A DNA stretch of 42,119 nt from an uncultured Bacilli bacterium (lineage in GTDB: Bacteria > Bacillota_I > Bacilli_A > RF39 > UBA660), in NCBI GenBank assembly GCA_947628985.1, contig CANRCA010000002.1:1-42119 (forward strand), in the 5' to 3' direction. The notes beneath the pieces are model-generated. The model was not told the origin of the DNA, ran no database searches, and saw only the letters and a list, made by a program, of their open reading frames with translations. Position numbers and translations under genes: made by a program. Numbering within the stretch: position 1 is the stretch's first letter; each line of letters begins with the position of its first letter. Of the stretch, positions 17,992 to 25,689 are shown piece by piece.

Positions 17992-19961
17992 TTATTACAC
18001 TCTCCTATTCTAGTTTCATATCTTATTAAATCATGTTTTATTATACCATCAGATACCTCTAATATATTATTTGCATATTCTTTTAAATTATCAATATAAT
18101 CACTACTTATAGGTTCATCATTAAAAGCAATATATTCTTCATTTAAATCACTATAATATACTTTATTAGTAAGTACATTTCCATTTGGAAATACTACTAT
18201 TTTTTCATTATTACTAAATATATCATGTCCTAATGAATATTTTTCTTCAAATCCAAACATATTTGCAATAGTTGGAAGAACATCATACATACCCATTACA
18301 TCATCAACTTCTAAATTAAATTCTTCATCATTTGACCATATAATTAAAGGTGTATTTTTAAGTAAATCATAATCATAATTAGTAATTTCAGTATAATTAT
18401 CATCATTTGAATCTATTTTACCTGTTATATAATCATAATTTATAAGTCTATCAAATTCTTTTTTAGGAAGTCTTGCTTCATGATCACCATAAATAATAAA
18501 TATTGTATTATCTAATAAATTATTACTTTCTAATTCTTCAAAAAATTCACCTAATGCTTCATCAGCATAATGAGCAGATTTAATATAATTACCCATTTCA
18601 CTTCCTTCTAAGTAATCTTCATCTAATATTTCATTTCTTACATCAAAGTCTCCATATTTATCTACTGCTTTAAATGGTGAATGATTAGATAAAGTAATAA
18701 CTGTTCCAAAATATAATTCATGAAGTGATTTAATTTCTTTTAAAATTGGTATAAATTGTTTAAAGAATGACTTATCAGAAAGACCTAAACCAATATAATC
18801 TTTATCATTAAAATCAGTTGGAACATAATAGTAATCTTTAGCATAAAAATCTTTATATCCTAAAGTTTCATGCATAGTTTTTCTATTCCAATAATCAGCA
18901 TCATTTGCATGTGTACTAAATGTATAATAACCAAGATTATTAAAATACTCTGGCATACCCATATATTTTCTATCATAATAATTTACAAATACTGTTCCAC
19001 TTGATGATGGCATTAAACCAGTTGTTAAAGTAAATTCTGTATCAGAAGATGTACCAATACTTATTTGTGGATAAAATTTACTAAAATATATTCCTTCTTT
19101 AGATAATCTATTTAAATTAGGAGTTACTTCTTTATCATTAATTTCAAGATTTATTAAAAAGTTTTGAATACTCTCAGCATGTATAAATATAACATTTTTA
19201 CCTTTAAATTTATTAGTAAATTCATTTTCTTCTTTCTTTTCATTTTTCCATTTACATGCATAAAAATTTCTATATTGTAATGCAGCACTATCATATCCAG
19301 CATAATTATCTATTTTAGGAGTTAAACTTTGTATTAAATCATTAATAGTATAAAAATATAATCCATATTTATTAACAACATATTCTCTATTATAAAGTTT
19401 AGTAAATTTATTTATATCACTTTTAGAAAAACTAAATATTAAATAAATTAAAATAATTAAACAAAATACACCACTATATTTAAATATTCTATATTTATTA
19501 GATATATTTTCATATATTCTTTTTTTATTAAAATATTTATTTAAAAGTATATATATTATAGGAAATATTAAATATATAAATTGTATTATATGAAATTTAG
19601 CAAATAAAGAATCATTTACTTTAGATACCATAGAGGCTGTTGCTAAAAGATTAATTGATATAAATGATTTATAAAATTGATAATAAACAGTATTTGCAAT
19701 ACATAATATACTAAAAAAACAAATCCAAATAAAATAATATTTAAATCTATTTTTAGAATTAACAAAATAACCTAATAAGCCTATTAATATAACTATAAAT
19801 GCATCAGATAATAATGCTTTTATATAAAAATGTCCATTAATAGTAATTAGTCTTAATAATAAACTTATAAATATTGAAATAATTACAAATGAAAAAAATA
19901 ATCTATTATTTTTAATAAATTCAATTAAATTATCTTTATATTTACTAATATTCCCTTTCAT
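17988..19961 (-). CDS. ltaS: LtaS-family lipoteichoic acid synthase / sulfatase-like phosphoglycerol transferase
   Basis: Five N-terminal TM helices plus an extracellular sulfatase-fold domain. It contains FIHAESIQNF, the catalytic-Thr block GTSSDTEFTLTTGL, NHSPF and IIYGDHE. Confidence 0.8.
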   Translation of the reverse strand: MKGNISKYKDNLIEFIKNNRLFFSFVIISIFISLLLRLITINGHFYIKALLSDAFIVILIGLLGYFVNSKNRFKYYFIWICFFSILCIANTVYYQFYKSFISINLLATASMVSKVNDSLFAKFHIIQFIYLIFPIIYILLNKYFNKKRIYENISNKYRIFKYSGVFCLIILIYLIFSFSKSDINKFTKLYNREYVVNKYGLYFYTINDLIQSLTPKIDNYAGYDSAALQYRNFYACKWKNEKKEENEFTNKFKGKNVIFIHAESIQNFLINLEINDKEVTPNLNRLSKEGIYFSKFYPQISIGTSSDTEFTLTTGLMPSSSGTVFVNYYDRKYMGMPEYFNNLGYYTFSTHANDADYWNRKTMHETLGYKDFYAKDYYYVPTDFNDKDYIGLGLSDKSFFKQFIPILKEIKSLHELYFGTVITLSNHSPFKAVDKYGDFDVRNEILDEDYLEGSEMGNYIKSAHYADEALGEFFEELESNNLLDNTIFIIYGDHEARLPKKEFDRLINYDYITGKIDSNDDNYTEITNYDYDLLKNTPLIIWSNDEEFNLEVDDVMGMYDVLPTIANMFGFEEKYSLGHDIFSNNEKIVVFPNGNVLTNKVYYSDLNEEYIAFNDEPISSDYIDNLKEYANNILEVSDGIIKHDLIRYETRIGECNK

Positions 19962-20031
19962 ATATCATCTAGTTAATTATACCATTTATTTATATTTATT
20001 TAAAGTAGGTATAAATGATTTTACATATGAT

Positions 20032-20060
20032 AAAAAATAGAAAGATTTTTCACTTTCTAT
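20032..20060 (-). terminator. Rho-independent terminator of the GLUG modular pilin gene
   Basis: The - strand reads atagaaag-tgaaaaat-ctttctat followed by ttttt, starting 9 nt after the stop at 20069. Confidence 0.6.
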
Positions 20061-20068
20061 TTATATTT

Positions 20069-22339
20069 TTATTTACAATCAAGTTCAGGATAACCTGAAG
20101 TACCTAATTTCCAATCACATAATGTATATCCAGTTAATCTACTATCTAAGTCAGTTAAATTAATACTATTCTTATTTGTGTTTAATGTACTAACAAAAGT
20201 AGCATTCTTCATTTCACTTGATGGTTTTCCTATTACATTTGTTGTATCTGTTGGTTTTGTACCTGTTAATGTATTTAAATAATATACATTTTTATAAGTA
20301 GTTGGTATATTTGAATTATTGTTTGTTATAACATTATTTGTTTTTATACTATTTAATCCACCTATATTATATACATTATTTAATGTTATACTTTTTAAAT
20401 TAATATATAATATACCATTTGCGGTTAATCCACCTGTTGTATTTCCATTCAATGTTATACTTCCTTGATTATAACTATTTAATATTACTGTATTTGTGCT
20501 TGTATCTTCTTGATTAGCTGGATTAGAAGCAATTTGACTTCCTACTATACCACTTCCACTAGCAGGATAATTATTATCTATATTTACTGCAATATTGCCT
20601 TTATTATAACTATTTAATATCACTATATCCTCATGGTTTATACCCCAACCAGATGTAGCACCAAATAAGCCTCCTATATCAATATAAGAATCCCATGTAT
20701 CACTTGAACTCAAATTTGCTAAATTATAACAATTATTCATTATAAATCCTGATTGACAATCTCCTACTAATCCTCCTGTTCTATTTCCTCCACTTATTAT
20801 TCCTTCTTTTTCATTTGATGAATTTGTTATTATACTTGTTTGAGTACTAAAAAAATTTCCTACTAAGCCACCTATACATCTACCAACATTAATACTATTA
20901 TTACTCGTTATTGTATTTTTATTATGACTATTATTTATAGTTGCTTTACCTTCAACTCGACCTATTAATCCTCCTGCATAAAATGCACTATTACTATCAA
21001 TTGCTATTTTTCCTGCATTATTAGAGTTTTGAACATTTAATGTTCCGTATATTCTTCCTACTATTCCACCCATATAGGTAGTAGTACTTTCTTTTGTGCT
21101 GTTTATTTGTCCGTAATTGTTTGAGTCTTTTATATTTGTTTCATTTGTTTCTGCATTATCTCTTCCAAGAATACCACCTATATTCTGACCTAAATCATTT
21201 GTAATATTACCATTATTAGTACTTCTTTCAATAGTTAATTTAGAATTACTATAACCAACTATTCCTCCTGTATTATTACTTCCACTCACTAATGAATTAT
21301 TTGTACTATCAGTTATGCTAGATGTACCATGTGAACCCCCAACAATACCACCAATACTATAGGAACCAACTTTACTTGTAATATTAACATAATTATGACA
21401 ATTTTTTATTGTTGAATTATTTATATCTCCTGCAATACCACCTATATTAGCACTTTCAGTTGTTTCTATATTTCCACTTAATGTTAAATTACTTATTGTA
21501 CTATTTTCTATGTATCCAAATAATCCTATTGAAATTTTTGTTGCATCACTATTTTTTATATATAAATTATCTATTCTATTGTTATTTCCATCAAAATTTC
21601 CTTTAAAGTAATTACTACCTCCTCCTATTGGTTCAAATCCACTTCCTGTTGTTACTATATCTTTATTTGTTTCTGCATCTTTATAATTTTCTTCAATATT
21701 AAAATCTAAACTATTCATTAATTTAAATACTTTATTTTCAAATGTTTCCCCACCATTTACTCTTTCACTTAATTCTATTAAATCTTCTATGTATTGTATT
21801 TTAAATGGATCTTCTTCTGTTCCACTTCCTATAAAATATTCATCTACTGTAGGTTCATCTGGTTTATCTTCTATTTCTTCTCCCTCTTCTATTGATGTTC
21901 CATCACATGCTGTTAAACCTACTCCTTCTTGTCTTGTTTCACTTTTTATTTTCTTATTACTTTTACTATTTCCTATATCATCTCTTTTTATATCTGTCCC
22001 ATTTGTTTTGATTAGTTGATAATTATTATCCATTACTTCTATACTTATTATCTTTCCACTATTAGATAATTCTACTTTATATTTTAAACTTGATTTTGCA
22101 TCTAAATTTAATGAATTAGTTTTTGAATCATAACATAAATTACTTACATTATTCATTGAGTCTTCTATATATTTTTGTTGTGCTGTTCTTATTATATTTT
22201 GTACTTCTTCTACAAACGAATTTTCTCTTGCATTCCTATATAAATTTAATATATTTGGTAGTGCTATTAATACTAGTATTGCTAAGATTGCAATAACTGC
22301 TAATAATTCTACCAATGTAAATCCTTTTTTATTTTTCAT
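20069..22339 (-). CDS. Modular type IV pilin: prepilin N-terminus, pilin-like domain, acidic linker and a GLUG-motif repeat module
   Basis: MKNKKGFTLVELLAVIAILAILVLIALPNI is a class III signal (G/FTLVE). After about 155 aa comes an E/D/P linker. Then come more than 10 degenerate repeats containing GG[IL][IV]G spaced by N/S/T-rich turns (NIGGIAGD, SIGGIVGG, NTGGIVGY, NIGGILGR, YMGGIVGR, YAGGLIGR, CIGGLVGN, RTGGLVGD, DIGGLFGA), which is the GLUG motif pattern. Confidence 0.85.
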   Translation of the reverse strand: MKNKKGFTLVELLAVIAILAILVLIALPNILNLYRNARENSFVEEVQNIIRTAQQKYIEDSMNNVSNLCYDSKTNSLNLDAKSSLKYKVELSNSGKIISIEVMDNNYQLIKTNGTDIKRDDIGNSKSNKKIKSETRQEGVGLTACDGTSIEEGEEIEDKPDEPTVDEYFIGSGTEEDPFKIQYIEDLIELSERVNGGETFENKVFKLMNSLDFNIEENYKDAETNKDIVTTGSGFEPIGGGSNYFKGNFDGNNNRIDNLYIKNSDATKISIGLFGYIENSTISNLTLSGNIETTESANIGGIAGDINNSTIKNCHNYVNITSKVGSYSIGGIVGGSHGTSSITDSTNNSLVSGSNNTGGIVGYSNSKLTIERSTNNGNITNDLGQNIGGILGRDNAETNETNIKDSNNYGQINSTKESTTTYMGGIVGRIYGTLNVQNSNNAGKIAIDSNSAFYAGGLIGRVEGKATINNSHNKNTITSNNSINVGRCIGGLVGNFFSTQTSIITNSSNEKEGIISGGNRTGGLVGDCQSGFIMNNCYNLANLSSSDTWDSYIDIGGLFGATSGWGINHEDIVILNSYNKGNIAVNIDNNYPASGSGIVGSQIASNPANQEDTSTNTVILNSYNQGSITLNGNTTGGLTANGILYINLKSITLNNVYNIGGLNSIKTNNVITNNNSNIPTTYKNVYYLNTLTGTKPTDTTNVIGKPSSEMKNATFVSTLNTNKNSINLTDLDSRLTGYTLCDWKLGTSGYPELDCK
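21878..21994. repeat. Near-identical 117-nt block shared with 61..177
   Basis: Same comparison as for 61..177. The block encodes DIKRDDIGNSKSNKKIKSETRQEGVGLTACDGTSIEEGEE at the junction of pilin domain and linker. Confidence 0.85.
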
Positions 22340-22368
22340 ATATGTCCCTCTTTCTATTTTTCACTCCA

Positions 22369-22395
22369 ATTATATCGTATATATATATATATCAA
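22369..22395 (-). promoter_or_regulatory. Putative promoter of the GLUG pilin gene with a (TA)n tract in the spacer
   Basis: The - strand reads TTGATA (22395..22390), a 15-nt spacer, then TATAAT (22374..22369). The tract tatatatatatatat at 22378..22392 fills the spacer and overlaps the -35. Confidence 0.4.
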
Positions 22396-22442
22396 GAGGA
22401 TTCATGAATTTTTGACATCAATAAATATTATTTCAATCATAA

Positions 22443-22491
22443 CAAAAAAGTGTAATATTAAACTACATTTTTGTAATTAATTATTACACTT
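22443..22491 (-). terminator. Rho-independent terminator ending the Tad-like operon
   Basis: 10-bp arms aagtgtaata / tattacactt (22482..22491 and 22448..22457), followed on the - strand by ttttttg. It lies 28 nt after the 120-aa gene stop. Confidence 0.6.
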
Positions 22492-22518
22492 CTATAATAT
22501 TAAAAGAACTTTGTTCTA

Positions 22519-22881
22519 TTATTCAAATGTATCTAAATTAGAACTACAATTGAATGGATGATTTATACAAGGCATACAATCTTTATAACTATTATTACCT
22601 ATTAAATTCATAATTAATGAAACAATTACTGTTACAAAGAAAACTAATGCTGCAGCAATTGCTCTTTTAACTAATTTCTTTTGAGCTTCTTGTATTTTAT
22701 TATCATCTTTTTCACCAACTGCTTTTGCAAAATCTAACATTCCTACAAATATTAATATTATTGGTACTACAATCATAATTCCTAATCTAACAATACCAAC
22801 TATTCTAAGAATTGGTTCTAATCCATTACATAGATCAGCCATATTATTAATTTGTTCTAATAGATTAACTAAATTTAACAT
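22519..22881 (-). CDS. Small two-TM membrane protein with a Cys-rich C-terminal tail (unknown function)
   Basis: 120 aa with two hydrophobic helices (IVGIVRLGIMIVVPIILIFVGML and AIAAALVFFVTVIVSLIMNLI). These flank a charged loop (EKDDNKIQEAQKKLVKR). The tail reads YKDCMPCINHPFNCSS. It is the last gene before the operon terminator. Confidence 0.5.
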   Translation of the reverse strand: MLNLVNLLEQINNMADLCNGLEPILRIVGIVRLGIMIVVPIILIFVGMLDFAKAVGEKDDNKIQEAQKKLVKRAIAAALVFFVTVIVSLIMNLIGNNSYKDCMPCINHPFNCSSNLDTFE

Positions 22882-22906
22882 TTATATCTCTCCCTTACTA
22901 CTTAAA

Positions 22907-22935
22907 ATTTTATATAAAATATAAGATTTTGTCAA
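22907..22935 (-). promoter_or_regulatory. Putative internal promoter upstream of the 120-aa gene
   Basis: The - strand reads TTGACA (22935..22930), a 17-nt spacer, then TAAAAT (22912..22907), followed by the RBS aagggagag. Confidence 0.4.
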
Positions 22936-22957
22936 TAAAAATACATTAAGTTTACGT

Positions 22958-23944
22958 TTATAAATTAACTTTTTTAATAAAATTAATTATTGGATCTATT
23001 TTACCATCTCTATCATTTAAAGCTGGTATTGAATATAATACTTTTAATTTAGTCTCATATCCAAATGTTGCTATATCTTCATTATTTAACATACATTTAT
23101 TTAAAATTATTTTTTTATCTTTTAATTTTTCTAAAATTCCTGCATCTCTTTTTAACATTTTATTTATCATAAGTGTAGATGGTTCAATCAAATAATATAC
23201 TTCTTCACATATTTCAGTGTCTTCATAATCATTTAAATCAATAAATAATATATCATATGATTGTTTTTTCATAATTTCTTTTAATAAATCAGGAGTTGTA
23301 GTACTAATCATTTCAGGATCTTTAAAATATAAGAAATCTACTTTATTTACTTCTAATGCACCTACTAATCTATTATTTTGTAATGTTTTCTTTAACATAT
23401 AAATTAATGATGTAGCTCCAGCATGATTAGTTACATTTTTAAATCCTATTATTCTTAATTTTCCACTACCTTGATTATTAGTACTATTATTAATTACTTT
23501 TTCTACAATAACAGAATCAGATGTTTTATCGTTATCTGCAATTGCCATTTGAGTATCTATTTCTTGTAAATTATGCATATTTACTACATCTTTATATTGA
23601 TGAGGATGTACAAGTAAATAATTTATTCCACTAGTATTTTTAGTAAAATTATAAATACCTAATGATATTAATTTAGATATATAATCTTTTGTATCTGTTA
23701 CTGGATTATTATCAAGTAATAATATAACGTTTTCCATATTTAAATTCATAGAAAGTTTTTGTAAATTTTCTATATTTTCATAATCTCTAATAGCAGTTAT
23801 ATCTAAAATCATTTTATCAAAATAAAAATTAGTAAAAGTATCAATTATTTCATCAACATTATAAACACCTTCTAAAGTTTTCATAACTTCAATGTTTAAT
23901 CCCTTTAAAAGATCTTTATATTTATTATAAATCATTACATTCAT
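22958..23944 (-). CDS. TadZ/CpaE-like protein: receiver-like N-domain plus ParA/MinD-like domain with a degenerate P-loop
   Basis: The N-terminal roughly 120 aa have a receiver-like alternation (MNVMIYN...DKMILDITAI...VILLLDNNP). The C-terminal half starts LRIIGFKNVTNHAGATSLIYMLKK where MinD/CpaE proteins have KGGxGKT(T/S). Position inside a tad-like operon supports the call, which is made from architecture and context only. Confidence 0.35.
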   Translation of the reverse strand: MNVMIYNKYKDLLKGLNIEVMKTLEGVYNVDEIIDTFTNFYFDKMILDITAIRDYENIENLQKLSMNLNMENVILLLDNNPVTDTKDYISKLISLGIYNFTKNTSGINYLLVHPHQYKDVVNMHNLQEIDTQMAIADNDKTSDSVIVEKVINNSTNNQGSGKLRIIGFKNVTNHAGATSLIYMLKKTLQNNRLVGALEVNKVDFLYFKDPEMISTTTPDLLKEIMKKQSYDILFIDLNDYEDTEICEEVYYLIEPSTLMINKMLKRDAGILEKLKDKKIILNKCMLNNEDIATFGYETKLKVLYSIPALNDRDGKIDPIINFIKKVNL

Positions 23945-23967
23945 CTTAGTTAGTCACTCCTTCTTAT

Positions 23968-24459
23968 TTATTTACTACAATCAAATGCTCCTATATCATA
24001 GTATAAAGTTCTTGTTTCTCCAGTAACTGGTATTTTAAATATAAAATTAAAAATTGGAAATTGAACTGCAACATATGTAGTTACTTTATAATATGTATTT
24101 TCTTTTTTATTATTATTTGTACATACTTTTGTTAAACAATATCCACCTGTCATTGCACTTTGTCCATTCTCACATACTATATTTTCAGTAGTAGAATAAT
24201 TATATCCTGCATTCTTTATTTTTAAAAAAGTTAAAGCTTCTACTGAATTATCTTGTTGTAATTGTTCATCGCTAGCATTTTTTAAATCTAATATTTTACT
24301 TGTTGTAAATCCTTCATGTTGTTCAATTAAATCTATTATTTGATTTTTAATATTAAAAGCTCTAGTATAACTAATTGAATATGTTAAAAATGATGCAAAA
24401 AGCACAATAAAAACTATAACAATTCCAAACAACCAAGTTCCACCCATTGCTTCTCTCAT
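23968..24459 (-). CDS. Pseudopilin/TadE-like candidate (N-terminal MREAMGG plus a hydrophobic helix)
   Basis: 163 aa beginning MREAMGGTWLFGIVIVFIVLFASFLTY, followed by a soluble domain with 4 Cys. It lies immediately downstream of the candidate pilin gene, with an aaggag RBS. Confidence 0.45.
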   Translation of the reverse strand: MREAMGGTWLFGIVIVFIVLFASFLTYSISYTRAFNIKNQIIDLIEQHEGFTTSKILDLKNASDEQLQQDNSVEALTFLKIKNAGYNYSTTENIVCENGQSAMTGGYCLTKVCTNNNKKENTYYKVTTYVAVQFPIFNFIFKIPVTGETRTLYYDIGAFDCSK

Positions 24460-24488
24460 ATTAAAAACTCCTTTTTAAATCAAACTTT

Positions 24489-24525
24489 AAAAAAACTATA
24501 AACTATAATCATATAATTTATAGTC
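24489..24525 (-). terminator. Weak A/T hairpin plus T-run after the candidate pilin gene (possible attenuator)
   Basis: The - strand reads actataaa-(14 nt)-tttatagt followed by tttttt, beginning 19 nt after the stop at 24544. The stem is AT-only, so stability is doubtful. Confidence 0.3.
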
Positions 24526-24543
24526 AATTTATTATATTTTTTA

Positions 24544-24813
24544 TTATTCTGCAGGTTTACAAGTTTGAGCATTATATGTTGTAGTACCTTGTGGACAACA
24601 AGCCCATTTACTAACAGTTGCATTGCTTCCTTGATTAACATCTTCTGCTCCTGTTTTTACTGCTACCCATCCTGTTCCATATACATCACATGTTTGTTGA
24701 ACAACTGCTCTTTGAATCATTGGCCAAATTGCAAAATAGAATAATGCACCAACTGCTGCAACAGCAACTAATGCAACTACTGTCATATTTAATTCACCTG
24801 TTGCTTCTTTCAT
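24544..24813 (-). CDS. Candidate major pilin of the Tad-like system (small, hydrophobic N-terminus, 4 Cys)
   Basis: 89 aa: MKEATGELNMTVVALVAVAAVGALFYFAIWPMI, then a 55-aa Gly/Thr-rich domain with C42, C72, C73 and C85. It has a strong RBS (aaaggagg) and its own promoter. Its position directly after tadC is as in flp-tad loci, but it does not match the canonical Flp G/XXXXEY motif. Confidence 0.5.
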   Translation of the reverse strand: MKEATGELNMTVVALVAVAAVGALFYFAIWPMIQRAVVQQTCDVYGTGWVAVKTGAEDVNQGSNATVSKWACCPQGTTTYNAQTCKPAE

Positions 24814-24845
24814 ATTTGATAATTCCTCCTTTATCTTCTAAATTA

Positions 24846-24874
24846 ATTATATAACATACATATTTTATAATCAA
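24846..24874 (-). promoter_or_regulatory. Near-consensus promoter directly upstream of the candidate pilin gene
   Basis: The - strand reads TTGATT (24874..24869), a 17-nt spacer, then TATAAT (24851..24846), in the 69-nt gap after tadC. Confidence 0.55.
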
Positions 24875-24882
24875 GTGATTTT

Positions 24883-25689
24883 TTACATACTGCCAAATAT
24901 TTGTAAAATAGATAGTAATAAAATAACAAGTACACCTGCTCCGGTTGCTACTAACATTGACATTGTTTTCTTTTCCATCTTTTCTAGTCTTTCTTTATAT
25001 TTTGTATCTCTTGATTTAGCTTGTAGATTTGATATTGTTCTTGAAAAAACTATTAATTGTTCTTGTTTTCTTTCTTGACTACCTAAACTAAGTCTATATA
25101 AAAGTCTCATCATACGCATAGAATCTCTAACTGGATATCTACGAGCAAATGCCATATATGGTTCAATTGTTGAATCTCCTGCATCAATAGCTGCTATTAA
25201 CTCACGAAGTCCTGGTTTAAACATTTCAGGAGCATCATCTAAACTTCTAGTAATGGCAACTGGTACTGTATAGTGTTGAATTAAAATTTCTAAACTTTTT
25301 AAATAATATGGTAACTTTAAATTAATATCATGTAAGTGAACTTTATAATAGTTCTTAAGTTTATTATAATCATCTTTAAAGATTAAATACGTAAGAGCTA
25401 AAACTAAAACTAATTTTATTGCAATATTTATATTTTCTATACTAGTAATTACTATAATCATACCTACAATAAATGTAATAATTGCACTTTTTACTCTTTT
25501 TTGATACTTTTCATTTGGAGTAATTCTATCTCCATATTTACTTATAACAAGAAAATCATAATCATCTTCTTTTAATTTTCCAAAAATTACTTTATTATCA
25601 TCAACAAACTTATTAAAACTAAATATTCCATTATAATTAAATAAGAATATTAAGATAACACCAACAATTAAAATTTCTAATCCATCCAT
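24883..25689 (-). CDS. tadC: Tad platform protein, TadC-like (single T2SS-F domain)
   Basis: 268 aa with TM segments flanking a helical cytoplasmic domain (LPYYLKSLEILIQHYTVPVAITRSLDDAPEMFKPGLRELIAAIDAGDSTIEPYMAFARRYP) and a C-terminal TM. TAATG coupling to the tadB-like gene. Confidence 0.7.
   Translation of the reverse strand: MDGLEILIVGVILIFLFNYNGIFSFNKFVDDNKVIFGKLKEDDYDFLVISKYGDRITPNEKYQKRVKSAIITFIVGMIIVITSIENINIAIKLVLVLALTYLIFKDDYNKLKNYYKVHLHDINLKLPYYLKSLEILIQHYTVPVAITRSLDDAPEMFKPGLRELIAAIDAGDSTIEPYMAFARRYPVRDSMRMMRLLYRLSLGSQERKQEQLIVFSRTISNLQAKSRDTKYKERLEKMEKKTMSMLVATGAGVLVILLLSILQIFGSM

Noticed and set aside
21789-22019. 76-aa + strand ORF antisense to the GLUG pilin gene
   Set aside because: It lies antisense to a strongly supported CDS. 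Its S/L/P-rich translation is what the reverse frame of an E/G/K-rich linker gives.
24875-25078. 67-aa + strand ORF antisense to tadC
   Set aside because: It lies antisense within a supported CDS, with no RBS.
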